Source of the DNA: an uncultured Flavobacteriales bacterium
Lineage (GTDB): Bacteria > Bacteroidota > Bacteroidia > Flavobacteriales_D > Crocinitomicaceae
Assembly: GCA_963925035.1 (NCBI GenBank)
Contig: CAWUSK010000001.1
Span: 7,245-71,244 of the forward strand
Direction of reading: 5' to 3'
DNA: 64,000 nucleotides
In this document: piece after piece, positions 10,319-19,921 of the stretch
Numbering within the stretch: the stretch's first letter is position 1
Layout: every line of letters begins with the position of its first letter
Made by a program: the position numbers and the translations under genes
The notes under the pieces: generated by a model
Seen by the model: only the letters and a program-made list of their open reading frames with translations
Database searches by the model: none
Told to the model about the DNA's origin: nothing

Positions 10319-11017
10319 ATGAATAAAGTAGTAGACAACGTTGAGAAAGCATTAGTAGGTTTAGAAAATAACATGACTGTCATGCTAGGCGGGTTCGGTT
10401 TGTGCGGAATTCCAGAAAATTCAATCAATCACATGGTGAAATTAGGAGTGAACGGCTTAACGTGTATTTCTAATAATGCTGGAGTAGATGATTTTGGATT
10501 AGGTCTATTGCTGCATCAAAAACAAATTAAAAAAATGATCAGTTCTTACGTAGGTGAGAACGATGAATTTGAACGTCAAATGCTTTCTGGAGAGCTGGAG
10601 GTTGATTTAATACCGCAAGGTTCATTGGCTGAAAGATGTCGTGCTGGCGGTGCTGGAATTCCTGCGTTTTTCACTCCTGCTGGATTCGGAACAGAAGTAG
10701 CTGAAGGAAAAGAGATCCGCGAGTTCAACGGAAAACCACATATTTTAGAACATGCATTAACGGCCGATTTTGCCATTGTTAAAGCATGGAAAGGTGATAC
10801 AGAAGGAAACCTAATTTACAAAGCAACCGCAAGAAACTTCAATCCAATGATGGCAATGGCAGGTAAAATTACCATTGCAGAGGTGGAGGAGTTAGTGCCA
10901 GCGGGAGAATTAAATCCAAATGAAATTCATACTCCTGGAATTTTCGTACAGCGAATATTCCAAGGAGAAAAATATGAAAAACGTATCGAGCAGCGCACAG
11001 TTCGTGCAAAACAATAA
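10319..11017 (+). CDS. scoA: 3-oxoacid CoA-transferase subunit A
   Basis: 232 aa. [13 protein letters not shown] and the SENG-like region are typical of family I CoA-transferase A subunits. Confidence 0.9.
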   Translation: MNKVVDNVEKALVGLENNMTVMLGGFGLCGIPENSINHMVKLGVNGLTCISNNAGVDDFGLGLLLHQKQIKKMISSYVGENDEFERQMLSGELEVDLIPQGSLAERCRAGGAGIPAFFTPAGFGTEVAEGKEIREFNGKPHILEHALTADFAIVKAWKGDTEGNLIYKATARNFNPMMAMAGKITIAEVEELVPAGELNPNEIHTPGIFVQRIFQGEKYEKRIEQRTVRAKQ

Positions 11018-11020
11018 CGA

Positions 11021-12814
11021 ATGGTTTCTACGACCGTAAATGATAAAGTATTTAAAGGCACAGCCATTGTTTTATTCGCCTTCATGTTTGTCTATTTACT
11101 ATTGCGTATCATTATTAATGAACCGCTCCACGATGAAGTTGCAACCTATATGTTCTACATTTATCAGGGCAACTATTGGGGTGCGACAATTCATTGGGAC
11201 GCTAACAATCATTTATTAAATTCATTTATTTGTCACCAATTGTACAAGGTTTTTGGGGACAACATGGCCGTTTTTAGACTGCCCAATCTGGTGGCTTTTA
11301 TTTTCTTCTTTTTTGGAACGGTACGCCTTACAAAAAACTTTAAAACACCATTTCTCAAAACATTAGCCTTATTAGCGCTTAATACTATTCCATTTTATAT
11401 GGAGTATTTTGGTAATACCCGTGGATATGGCCTGTCTTTCGGTTTCCTCGTCTGGGGAATTTTATATTTTAACGATTTCTTGACAACACGTAAAACTTCA
11501 AAATTAATACTCGCCTATTTCTTTTTGACACTTACCATTTCGGCAAATCTAACATTGGTCAACACCTGTTTCATACTAATAGCAACTGCAATTGGTTCTT
11601 CCTTTTTCTCCAATAAAATGAGCCTTGGAAAACACATTAAAGAATCGTTTATTCATTTGGCTTTTCTCGGCGCTTTGTATCCATTTATAAAGTTTGCTTT
11701 CAAGCTGAAAGAACAAGGGGCATTGTATTATGGGTCATTGGACGGAATTTGGGATGTAACAGGAAAAACGATAAGTAAATACACCATTTTTTATGACGCT
11801 GATTGGTTACGCTTTGCCTATTTGTTCGTTTTTATTGTCTTCTTGATTTACACCTTCTTTTATTTGGTTAAAACAAAAAGAGTTGAATGGTTTGACAATC
11901 CTAAATTAGTATACGCATTACTTCTTTTTGGAAATTTATGCGCGATACTTGCAATGGCATATTTAATGGACGTTCTCTATCCAGAAGACCGCGTTGGAAT
12001 GTATTTAATTCTCTTCTTTTTATTGCTTTGCTTCCACTTTCTGGATGACATCAAAATTGGAAAATGGTTACAGTTTTCGTTGCTCTTCTTCCCGATTTCA
12101 ATGCTATTTCACTTAAGCCTTCACACTTCTGTTTTTTCTCCAGACGATAGGCTAAATCAAGAATTTTACCAGAAAATTAAAGCCGAATTAAAACCAGAAA
12201 ATACGCTTCATATTTATAGAATAATGAATTGGGGTTGGCCGTATGCAGAATCTCACGTAAAAGAAAAGTCAAGCGTAGGTCAATTCGACAATGCAAATGG
12301 AATTTTATCGGATATTTTAATTACCAAAACAACAGTTCTAACCAATCCGAAAGTACTAGAGTTATACGATATACTTGCATACTATGAGCCCTCAACTCAC
12401 ATCGCTTTTAAACGAAAAAAGCCGTTGAAAAGAGAATCTTTATTTACAATAAAAGGTGAAGATTCAAAATCGGAAAATGAGTTTTATGACTTTGCGAACA
12501 TTAATTGTGATACCTACGAGAAAAAGAACCTTGTTCTAAGCGTTTCTGGACACCTGAAAACGTTTAAAAAATTCAATTCATTAATACTTGTAGTTGCTAG
12601 TAAATTAAAAGACGGATCCGACGGGAGATATTTATACTATTCATTTGAAACTGCTTACCAAGGTCAACTTATCAATGATGACTTTTTACATCATTTTGTG
12701 ATTGAAAATATAGCGTCAGATGAAACAGAACTAAAAATATACCTTTGGAACAGGACTTTGAGCACTACTCAACTTACCAATGTTAGTGCAACCATCTACG
12801 AGTTAAAAGAATAA
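11021..12814 (+). CDS. polytopic membrane protein, paralog 1 (possible GT-C-type glycosyltransferase); function unknown
   Basis: 597 aa. The first ~370 aa are strongly hydrophobic and the C-terminal ~200 aa look soluble. Shares motif blocks with the next ORF (EPLHDE, DANNHLLNS, LKLKEQGALYYGS, YPEDRVGMYL, HTSVFSPDDR). The DE pair after the first helix resembles ArnT/PMT loop-1 motifs. Confidence 0.6.
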   Translation: MVSTTVNDKVFKGTAIVLFAFMFVYLLLRIIINEPLHDEVATYMFYIYQGNYWGATIHWDANNHLLNSFICHQLYKVFGDNMAVFRLPNLVAFIFFFFGTVRLTKNFKTPFLKTLALLALNTIPFYMEYFGNTRGYGLSFGFLVWGILYFNDFLTTRKTSKLILAYFFLTLTISANLTLVNTCFILIATAIGSSFFSNKMSLGKHIKESFIHLAFLGALYPFIKFAFKLKEQGALYYGSLDGIWDVTGKTISKYTIFYDADWLRFAYLFVFIVFLIYTFFYLVKTKRVEWFDNPKLVYALLLFGNLCAILAMAYLMDVLYPEDRVGMYLILFFLLLCFHFLDDIKIGKWLQFSLLFFPISMLFHLSLHTSVFSPDDRLNQEFYQKIKAELKPENTLHIYRIMNWGWPYAESHVKEKSSVGQFDNANGILSDILITKTTVLTNPKVLELYDILAYYEPSTHIAFKRKKPLKRESLFTIKGEDSKSENEFYDFANINCDTYEKKNLVLSVSGHLKTFKKFNSLILVVASKLKDGSDGRYLYYSFETAYQGQLINDDFLHHFVIENIASDETELKIYLWNRTLSTTQLTNVSATIYELKE

Positions 12815-12820
12815 GAGAAT

Positions 12821-14614
12821 ATGAATAGTTTTAGTCTCAACATTCAAAACAATTGGTTAATTAGAATTCTTTTTGCCGTTCTGTTTTTGTATTTGATTCT
12901 AAGGGCGCTTTTCGTAGAACCTTTATTGGATGAATTGGGAACATTGCATTGGTATATTGAAACAGGCAATATTATCAATGAAAAATCAATTCTAGACGCT
13001 AATAACCACATACTGAACTCATACGTTTCACACCATTTATTCCGTTTTGTCGGAGACCATTTGATTGTTTATCGTTTACTAGCGCTAATTTCCTTCCCCA
13101 TCTATTTCTTTTCGGCGAAAAAACTTGTCACAGAGAATATTAAACAATTTCCGTTAATCGTTTTCATCGCTCTAATTTCAATCCATTGGGTTTTCGATTA
13201 TTTCAGCTTGTCACGTGGCTATGCTCCTTCCGTCGCGTTCTTCATGTTGGGGCTGAGTTTCGTTTCTGCATGGAATAGAGAGAATAAGCCAATTCATCTG
13301 GCTATTATTTTAACAAGTTTTGTCCTTTCTTTAGGTTCAAACTTAAGCATGTTTGTACCAATACTATTGTTCTTTGCTTATCTACATTTGAGTCTCTTGA
13401 TGCAGTGGCAAAAGCGTCAACTATTGTCCAAAATCACCTCATACATTATTTCAGCCGGTTTTATCTATATCGCGTACAAACTTTTTAAATATGTACTTAA
13501 GTTAAAAGAAGCGGGCGCGTTATGGTGGGGTTCAAAAAAAGGACTTTGGGAGGTCACCGGCAAGTCGGTAAGTGAAAACATCTTTTTTACCGGTGCAGAT
13601 TATATCAAATACGGCCTACTGATTTTATACATTTTACTCATCATATTATTAATCAAGTCGCTTTCGGAAAAAGGAATTAAAGAATTCATTTTAAGTCCAC
13701 AGTTTTGGTCTTTCTCATTATTTACTCTTTCACTTATTGGCACTTTTTTATTGGTGAAGATCATGAATTTGAATTATCCAGAAGATCGCGTTGCAATGTA
13801 TCTTGTAATACTTCTCATCATTGCATTTGGAAGCATCGCAACCGAAAATCGTATTCTGAGTTGGTCGGTTCTTATATTATTGTGGTTTCCTCTTTCCTTT
13901 ATCGTAAAACTAAATCTAAATACTTCTGTTTTTTCTCCCACGGATCGAATGCATCATTCTTTTTATAAAGACGTTCAAAAAATGGTTGGACCCAATGATG
14001 TATTAACAGCTGACTACGTCTCTCATTTATGTTATTCCTACGAAGCTAGAAAAGAAGGTCGACCTAAAATGGCTGTTTTGAATGAGTCTGAAATGCTTAA
14101 CGGTGAAACGTATCATTTGACATCTTACTATGGTAAAGTGAAAAATTGGTCAAATTATACCTGCGTCTTATTTGATTCTATTACAAAAATGAGGTTGTAT
14201 AAATCCGATGCAACTATTAAAAAAACGTTACTACTGGACACGATTATTAAGTCAATTGAATCGAATGAATTGTACCTGCCATTAATAGAATTTCAATTTC
14301 TCGAAAGTAACGACTTCGAAATGATTCGAATCAGCATAAACGGTAATGTTGATTTACCAAATGGCTTACTTTCTCTTGACCTTGTGCAAGACGTGGTAGA
14401 CGAAGACCATAATTCATTGAATTATAATTCTACTCTATTTCAATGGTATTTCGGAATGAAGAAAAGCTACTCATTCAATTATTCTAGAAACTTGAATTTA
14501 GAAGCGCTGAAAGGTAAGGCACTCAAAGTTTACATGTACAATCCAGAATTGATTAATGTAAATTTAAGTGACTATAAAATTAATATCGTTGGAATTAACA
14601 AAGTCAGACATTGA
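12821..14614 (+). CDS. polytopic membrane protein, paralog 2 (possible GT-C-type glycosyltransferase); function unknown
   Basis: Also 597 aa with the same architecture and motif blocks (EPLLDE, DANNHILNS, LKLKEAGALWWGS, YPEDRVAMYL, NTSVFSPTDR). The C-terminal domain has diverged from paralog 1. Confidence 0.6.
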   Translation: MNSFSLNIQNNWLIRILFAVLFLYLILRALFVEPLLDELGTLHWYIETGNIINEKSILDANNHILNSYVSHHLFRFVGDHLIVYRLLALISFPIYFFSAKKLVTENIKQFPLIVFIALISIHWVFDYFSLSRGYAPSVAFFMLGLSFVSAWNRENKPIHLAIILTSFVLSLGSNLSMFVPILLFFAYLHLSLLMQWQKRQLLSKITSYIISAGFIYIAYKLFKYVLKLKEAGALWWGSKKGLWEVTGKSVSENIFFTGADYIKYGLLILYILLIILLIKSLSEKGIKEFILSPQFWSFSLFTLSLIGTFLLVKIMNLNYPEDRVAMYLVILLIIAFGSIATENRILSWSVLILLWFPLSFIVKLNLNTSVFSPTDRMHHSFYKDVQKMVGPNDVLTADYVSHLCYSYEARKEGRPKMAVLNESEMLNGETYHLTSYYGKVKNWSNYTCVLFDSITKMRLYKSDATIKKTLLLDTIIKSIESNELYLPLIEFQFLESNDFEMIRISINGNVDLPNGLLSLDLVQDVVDEDHNSLNYNSTLFQWYFGMKKSYSFNYSRNLNLEALKGKALKVYMYNPELINVNLSDYKINIVGINKVRH

Positions 14615-14698
14615 TAAATTTAAGGAAGGAGAATTGAACGCTTCGATTGAATTAGTAAGAGGGTAAAATTGTATATTTACACAGTAAAACACCAAAAA

Positions 14699-15358
14699 AT
14701 GGCACTAGACAAAATTGGAATCGCTAAGCGAATTGCACAGGAATTAAGAAACGGATGGTACGTAAATTTGGGTATTGGAATTCCAACACTTGTGGCAAAT
14801 TATATTCCAACAGGAATCGAAGTTGAATTTCAATCTGAAAACGGCATTCTAGGAATGGGGCCATTTCCATTTGAAGGAGAAGAAGATGCCGATCTCATCA
14901 ACGCAGGAAAACAAACAATTACAGCTAACAAAGGTGCCGTGTATTTTGATTCAGCAACCTCGTTTGCGATGATTCGTGGACAACATGTTCAATTGACTGT
15001 TCTTGGAGCGATGGAGGTTTCTCAGAATGGAGATATTGCCAACTGGAAAATTCCAGGGAAAATGGTTAAAGGAATGGGCGGAGCAATGGACCTAGTAGCA
15101 TCTGCTGACAACATTATTGTTGCAATGATGCACGCAAACAAAGCAGGAGTATCGAAAATGCTAAAAGAATGTTCGTTACCTTTAACGGGCGTTGCATGTG
15201 TTAAAAAAGTGGTGACAGATCTTGCTGTTCTAGATATTAAAGATGGCAAGTTTCATTTGGTAGAAAGAGCTCCTGGTGTTTCTGTAGAAGAAATTATTGC
15301 GGCAACTGAAGGTGATTTGGTAATTCCAGAAAATGTTCCCGAAATGATTTTAGATTAA
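14699..15358 (+). CDS. scoB: 3-oxoacid CoA-transferase subunit B
   Basis: MALDKIGIAKRIAQEL, SENGILG and GMGGAMDL are typical B-subunit motifs. The ATG at 14699 is preferred over the TTG at 14669. Confidence 0.9.
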   Translation: MALDKIGIAKRIAQELRNGWYVNLGIGIPTLVANYIPTGIEVEFQSENGILGMGPFPFEGEEDADLINAGKQTITANKGAVYFDSATSFAMIRGQHVQLTVLGAMEVSQNGDIANWKIPGKMVKGMGGAMDLVASADNIIVAMMHANKAGVSKMLKECSLPLTGVACVKKVVTDLAVLDIKDGKFHLVERAPGVSVEEIIAATEGDLVIPENVPEMILD

Positions 15359-15456
15359 TTTTTCAATTCGGAATTAGAACAGCACTTCATGTTTTTAGTG
15401 ATTGAATCAGCATGTTCTATGAAAGGCAAAATAAATCAACCGACTCCTTTTTACGA

Positions 15457-16410
15457 TCAGCTCAAGGTTTCTTCTTCAATGAAATTTAAAAATGCGTCTT
15501 TATAATCTTCCAGTTTCTTCGCTTTTTTCATCTTTTTAATCATTCGATGAGACGACTCGAATACCAATTCAAAATACTCCCACAAATGGCTCATTTTTAG
15601 AATAACGTGTTTGTCACCAGATAACTGTTGCGTGTATTCTGAAAGTAATTCATTGTGAAAAGCTTCAAACAACTCCATACGGTCTTCCGGATACGAAACG
15701 GCATTCGCTTTTATCATTAAGGGTAAATAAGGATCAGAAATTAACCCTCGTCCTATCATCCAATGATCAATGGATGGAAAACGTTCGTTTAATTCATTAA
15801 AAGCCGATACGGACGTGATGTCTCCATTATAGTAGAGCTTATGGTTTGTGTTTTCAATGCATCGCTGAAAAGAATCTAAATCAACAGACCCTTTGTATAA
15901 TTGTTTCCCTATTCGTGCATGAATTCCAATGTTTTTAATCGGATACTTCTCTAATAGTGGAAAAACATCCAGAATTTCCATAGGATGCTCGTAGCCCATT
16001 CTCATTTTCATTGAAACGATAATGTCGGACTCATTGTGCACACGATTTAATATCTCATCAATTTTTGGCGCATTGCAAATCAATCCAGATCCCATTCCTC
16101 TATTCGTCACCATTGGATATGGACAGCCCAAATTCCAGTTGAGTTCCTTGTATCCTAATCCCTTGACATAATCAGCGACAAATAGAAATTCATCCGCGTC
16201 ATTCGTCATGATTTGAGGAATAACATTGATGTCCTGATTGTTCTTCGGATTTAAATCGCGTTCGTAAACCGGTTTAATTTCAAACTTTCCATTTAAGCGA
16301 ACATACGGCGCATAAAAGACATCTATTCCGCCAAAATATCGCTGGAACGCATTCCGGAAACGATAATCGGTAAAGCCCTGAAGCGGCGAAGAAATTAATG
16401 TACAATCCAT
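15457..16410 (-). CDS. tRNA-dihydrouridine synthase family protein (TIM-barrel flavoenzyme)
   Basis: 317 aa. The N-terminus SPLQGFTDYRFRNAF and the NLGCP block containing the catalytic Cys are Dus-like. Confidence 0.75.
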   Translation of the reverse strand: MDCTLISSPLQGFTDYRFRNAFQRYFGGIDVFYAPYVRLNGKFEIKPVYERDLNPKNNQDINVIPQIMTNDADEFLFVADYVKGLGYKELNWNLGCPYPMVTNRGMGSGLICNAPKIDEILNRVHNESDIIVSMKMRMGYEHPMEILDVFPLLEKYPIKNIGIHARIGKQLYKGSVDLDSFQRCIENTNHKLYYNGDITSVSAFNELNERFPSIDHWMIGRGLISDPYLPLMIKANAVSYPEDRMELFEAFHNELLSEYTQQLSGDKHVILKMSHLWEYFELVFESSHRMIKKMKKAKKLEDYKDAFLNFIEEETLS

Positions 16411-16425
16411 ATTAGGTAATCACGA

Positions 16426-16433
16426 CAAATATA
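16426..16433 (-). promoter_or_regulatory. candidate -7 box (TATATTTG on minus strand) for the dus-like gene
   Basis: Exact TAnnTTTG match 15 nt upstream of the start codon at 16408-16410. Confidence 0.4.
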
Positions 16434-16502
16434 AGAACAAGTGCACGATTCTAAACTGGTCAGGTGGTCTTTAATAATTTGAAATTATATCCAAATAACA
16501 AC

Positions 16503-16510
16503 TACCTTTG
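16503..16510 (+). promoter_or_regulatory. candidate -7 box TACCTTTG for the 108-aa ORF
   Basis: Exact TAnnTTTG match 29 nt upstream of the ATG at 16540, in a divergent intergenic region. Confidence 0.4.
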
Positions 16511-16539
16511 CTCTTCTCAAAAGATAAAAAGCAATACAC

Positions 16540-16866
16540 ATGGAGCAACACGAATTTTTAGAACAAAATGTCTTTACAAACTTGAAAAATTTAAACGCGG
16601 ATTTTAATAGAAATCAAATTTATTATTTTTCTGAAGCAGATTTTGATGTTGTGCTTCATCGTGCAGAACATTTTGGTATTGGAATTTATACTATAGAGCC
16701 TCGATTTAACGGCGCACCTGTAGACGCCTTAAATCATGAGAAATCCAAGAAAAAAGCAACAGATGCTAAATGGTATAACAAAGCCTTTTTAACATCGAAG
16801 CATATCCAACCAGGAATGGAATATTCTGCGACTTACAAAGTTTCTGCGAAATTGTTGATGCGATAA
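16540..16866 (+). CDS. hypothetical protein (108 aa)
   Basis: Clean ORF with its own -7 box and a downstream hairpin terminator. No recognisable motif. Confidence 0.55.
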   Translation: MEQHEFLEQNVFTNLKNLNADFNRNQIYYFSEADFDVVLHRAEHFGIGIYTIEPRFNGAPVDALNHEKSKKKATDAKWYNKAFLTSKHIQPGMEYSATYKVSAKLLMR

Positions 16867-16884
16867 CCGTTCCCTTAAACAAAA

Positions 16885-16910
16885 AAAGCCTCAACAAATT
16901 TTGAGGCTTT
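16885..16910. terminator. bidirectional rho-independent terminator
   Basis: Perfect 10-bp stem aaagcctcaa / ttgaggcttt with a 6-nt loop, an A-run upstream and a T-rich stretch downstream. Lies between convergent genes ending at 16866 and 16932. Confidence 0.75.
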
Positions 16911-16931
16911 TCATTATTTTTTTGGTAACTA

Positions 16932-17213
16932 TTACTCGACAGTAATACATCCGTCTTTAATAGTAACTTTTGCTCCATCCTTTACCTTAAACCATCCACA
17001 AGAAGTTTTAATTTCAACTTCTGATGCGCTAGTTTGAATAGAAGTTGCTACTGAAGTTGAGCTTCTGAATTCAACTTTTTGAGCAGACCCATTTGATTTT
17101 ACTTCCATTATGTGATTCTTCGAATCTTTGTTGTAGTAATTAATAGTATATGCCCTTGCAACATTCGCTAAGAAAATAAACGATAGCGAAAAAATCATTG
17201 TTTTCAATTTCAT
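16932..17213 (-). CDS. small secreted protein (93 aa, signal peptide, two Cys)
   Basis: The N-terminus MKLKTMIFSLSFIFLANVARA is a signal peptide. No recognisable domain. Confidence 0.55.
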   Translation of the reverse strand: MKLKTMIFSLSFIFLANVARAYTINYYNKDSKNHIMEVKSNGSAQKVEFRSSTSVATSIQTSASEVEIKTSCGWFKVKDGAKVTIKDGCITVE

Positions 17214-17247
17214 AATTTATGTTAGCGACGTATTTTAGTAAATTTAA

Positions 17248-17255
17248 TAAATTTG
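17248..17255 (+). promoter_or_regulatory. candidate -7 box TAAATTTG for the GNAT gene
   Basis: Exact TAnnTTTG match. It overlaps the TTG start in the ORF track, which argues for the downstream ATG at 17289. Confidence 0.4.
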
Positions 17256-17288
17256 TTTTTAGTATTTACACCCTTTCTAAAATGTCTT

Positions 17289-17798
17289 ATGATTCATTTT
17301 CAACGCTTTGAGACAACAGACTTTGATCTACTGAAGTCATGGATCACTTCTGAAAAGGAATTGATTCAATTTGCTGGGCCTATTTTTACCTTTCCTGTAA
17401 CTGACGATCAACTAGAAAAATACTGTGCTTCAAACAAACGCGAAGTCTTCAAAATAGTGTTAGACGAAACGAGCGAAGTAATTGGACATTGCGAATTCAA
17501 CTATGAAAATGAACTCCCGCGTATTTCCCGTGTTTTGATTGGAGATGAGAAGGCTCGAAATCGTGGGATCGGCACTGAAATAATTAAAAAAATGTCAGAA
17601 GCGTTTTTTTCTGATTCAGCTGTTTCTAAAATTGACTTGAATGTTTTTGCATGGAATGACAGAGCTATTCATTGTTATGAAAACTTGGGTTTTCGCATAA
17701 ATACAACAACATTGTTCGAGCTTGAAGTTGAAGGTAAATTTTGGGAAAACCACAATATGGTGTTAACGCGAGAAGATTTTAATAAAAATCAACGGTAA
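17289..17798 (+). CDS. GNAT family N-acetyltransferase
   Basis: The acetyl-CoA binding motif RNRGIGTEIIKKM (Q/RxxGxG/A) and the overall length fit the GNAT fold. Confidence 0.8.
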   Translation: MIHFQRFETTDFDLLKSWITSEKELIQFAGPIFTFPVTDDQLEKYCASNKREVFKIVLDETSEVIGHCEFNYENELPRISRVLIGDEKARNRGIGTEIIKKMSEAFFSDSAVSKIDLNVFAWNDRAIHCYENLGFRINTTTLFELEVEGKFWENHNMVLTREDFNKNQR

Positions 17799-18394
17799 AA
17801 ATTCATTTCATCAACGTATTTTTGAACAGGTTCCGTCAGCAAGTAATCGACACTTTTACCTTCTTTGATTGCCTTACGAATAAAGCTAGAAGAAACATTC
17901 ATTACAGGCACATCTACTACAAAGTGAATGTTTTTATGTTGCATTAATTCGTGCTTTGGAATTTCTGCATACAATTCCGATTCTTTAATACTAACAGCTC
18001 GTGGATATACATATACCGCATGATTGTCCAATATTTCTTGGTAATTGTACCATTTTTGAAATGTCCGTATGTTATCTTCTCCCATCAACAACGAAAACGA
18101 ATAACCGGGGTGTTTTTCTTTTAAATGAGCCAAGGTTATAGCAGTATAACTTGGTATTTCTAACTTAAACTCGATGTTACTTGCCTTCAATTTTTCATTT
18201 CCTTCGATAGCAATGTTTACCAAGGCCAAGCGGTGATAATCTTTTAATAATGTTGCTTTTTTCTTGAGTGGATTTTGAGGAGAAACAACGAGCCAAATTT
18301 GATCAAAATCGGCATAATTTGCCATGTGATTTGCGATAATCAAGTGTCCCACATGTATGGGGTTGAACGATCCGAAATACAATCCAATTTTCAT
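17789..18394 (-). CDS. nadD: nicotinate-nucleotide adenylyltransferase
   Basis: 201 aa with GSFNPIHVGH (the HxGH nucleotidyltransferase motif) and the C-terminal SSSFIR block. Confidence 0.93.
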   Translation of the reverse strand: MKIGLYFGSFNPIHVGHLIIANHMANYADFDQIWLVVSPQNPLKKKATLLKDYHRLALVNIAIEGNEKLKASNIEFKLEIPSYTAITLAHLKEKHPGYSFSLLMGEDNIRTFQKWYNYQEILDNHAVYVYPRAVSIKESELYAEIPKHELMQHKNIHFVVDVPVMNVSSSFIRKAIKEGKSVDYLLTEPVQKYVDEMNFYR

Positions 18395-18395
18395 C

Positions 18396-18974
18396 TTATT
18401 TCAAAAAGTATTTGACCAATTCTTCCGCTTTTTGAAAAGCGACGTGTAAATCATCATTCACCAAAATATGATCGAACTCTTCAGCAAATGCTAACTCTTT
18501 AGCTGCTTTTTCCATCCGTTGACGGATTTTATCTTCTGATTCTGTAGAACGACCTCTCAATCGTTTTTCCAATTCTTCGTAACTCGGTGGCTCAACAAAA
18601 ACCGCCAATGCATTGTCTCCGAATTCTTTCTTCAAATTCAATCCGCCAATAACATCGACATCAAAAATTACGGTTTTTCCCTTACTCCAAATGCGTTGCA
18701 TTTCAGAATTCAAGGTGCCGTAAAAATTGTTTGTATACACTTCTTCCCATTCAACAAAAGCGTCTTCTTCAATTTTTTGTTTGAAAATTTCGACGTCCAA
18801 AAAGTAATAATCCTTTCCGTCAACCTCATGGATACGAGGGCCGCGACTGCAAGCAGAAACAGAAAACTCAAGCCCAAGGTCCTTTGATAACAAATGATGC
18901 ACAATTGTTGTCTTTCCTGCTCCTGAAGGTGCCGAAAAAATAATGCTTTTCCCTTTGAGTTCGCTTTCCATCAA
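18396..18974 (-). CDS. gmk: guanylate kinase
   Basis: 192 aa with P-loop APSGAGKTT, SRGPR and YFLDV blocks. Confidence 0.95.
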   Translation of the reverse strand: MMESELKGKSIIFSAPSGAGKTTIVHHLLSKDLGLEFSVSACSRGPRIHEVDGKDYYFLDVEIFKQKIEEDAFVEWEEVYTNNFYGTLNSEMQRIWSKGKTVIFDVDVIGGLNLKKEFGDNALAVFVEPPSYEELEKRLRGRSTESEDKIRQRMEKAAKELAFAEEFDHILVNDDLHVAFQKAEELVKYFLK

Positions 18975-18975
18975 T

Positions 18976-19845
18976 CTACAAGGTGTTTAATATTTGCTCT
19001 TTAATTTTTTCCAAGTTATCTTTCATTCCGATGACCAATTTTTGCATCTCGGCATGATTGCTTTTACTTCCTAAAGTATTAATTTCACGACCAATTTCTT
19101 GGCCAATAAAGCCTAGTTTTTTTCCCGATTCTGGCAACACCATTGTTTCTAAAAAGTAGTCTAAATGGTTCGATAATCGCATTTTTTCTTCCGAAACATC
19201 CAGTTTTTCGATGTAAAAGATCATTTCTTGCTCGAAACGGTTGTCGTCGTAGGCTCCAGTTTGAATGTCTTCCAATCCTTTTTTCATACGTTCACGAATC
19301 GTTTCAACACGCGCTTCTTCGTGTTGAGGAACTCCGTTTAATGCTGCGCGAATATCTTCTATTCTAGCGGTAAATTCTCGTTCTAAATCTTCGCCTTCCT
19401 TGCGACGGAAATTATTGATACTCTCTAAGGCAGTATTCACAACAGATAGTACAAACGCTTTTTCTTCATCCTCCAATTCTTCTTCAATAGAAGTATTGTA
19501 AATGTCTGGCATTCGCAATATTATTGACAAATAATCTTCCGTTGTTTCACCGAGTGAATCGTTTATACTTTTTAGTTCTTTGTAATAGGATTTTGCTAAT
19601 TCGTGATTAATCGAAAATGCGCTTTCATCGCTAACTGTTTCAACTGACAATGAAAAGTCTACTTTTCCGCGACCTAATTTTTCAGAAATCACCTTGCGAA
19701 TTGGTGTGTCTAACTCTTTGAAGTAAGACGGCATGCGCGTGTTTAAATCCATTGATTTACTGTTCAAAGAACGCAATTCAACTGAATATTTCTTTGATTT
19801 AAAATTATCTGACGCTTTTCCAAAGCCTGTCATTGATCTTAGCAT
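18976..19845 (-). CDS. yicC: YicC family stress-induced protein
   Basis: The MLRSMTGFGKA N-terminus and the C-terminal DUF1732-like EIGREINTLGSKSN block. The ATG at 19845 is preferred because a -7 box lies inside the longer track ORF. Confidence 0.88.
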   Translation of the reverse strand: MLRSMTGFGKASDNFKSKKYSVELRSLNSKSMDLNTRMPSYFKELDTPIRKVISEKLGRGKVDFSLSVETVSDESAFSINHELAKSYYKELKSINDSLGETTEDYLSIILRMPDIYNTSIEEELEDEEKAFVLSVVNTALESINNFRRKEGEDLEREFTARIEDIRAALNGVPQHEEARVETIRERMKKGLEDIQTGAYDDNRFEQEMIFYIEKLDVSEEKMRLSNHLDYFLETMVLPESGKKLGFIGQEIGREINTLGSKSNHAEMQKLVIGMKDNLEKIKEQILNTL

Positions 19846-19860
19846 ATGTGCAATTTTAAA

Positions 19861-19868
19861 CAAATGTA
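19861..19868 (-). promoter_or_regulatory. candidate -7 box (TACATTTG on minus strand) for yicC-gmk-nadD
   Basis: Exact TAnnTTTG match 15 nt upstream of the ATG at 19843-19845. Confidence 0.4.
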
Positions 19869-19921
19869 CGAAATACGGGTAATACCGCAAGTGCGATTGA
19901 TAAAGCCTGCATTTTACAGCA

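Noticed and set aside
13705-13968. 87-aa same-strand alternative-frame ORF within membrane paralog 2
   Set aside because: It is embedded in a longer ORF whose frame carries the motifs conserved with paralog 1.
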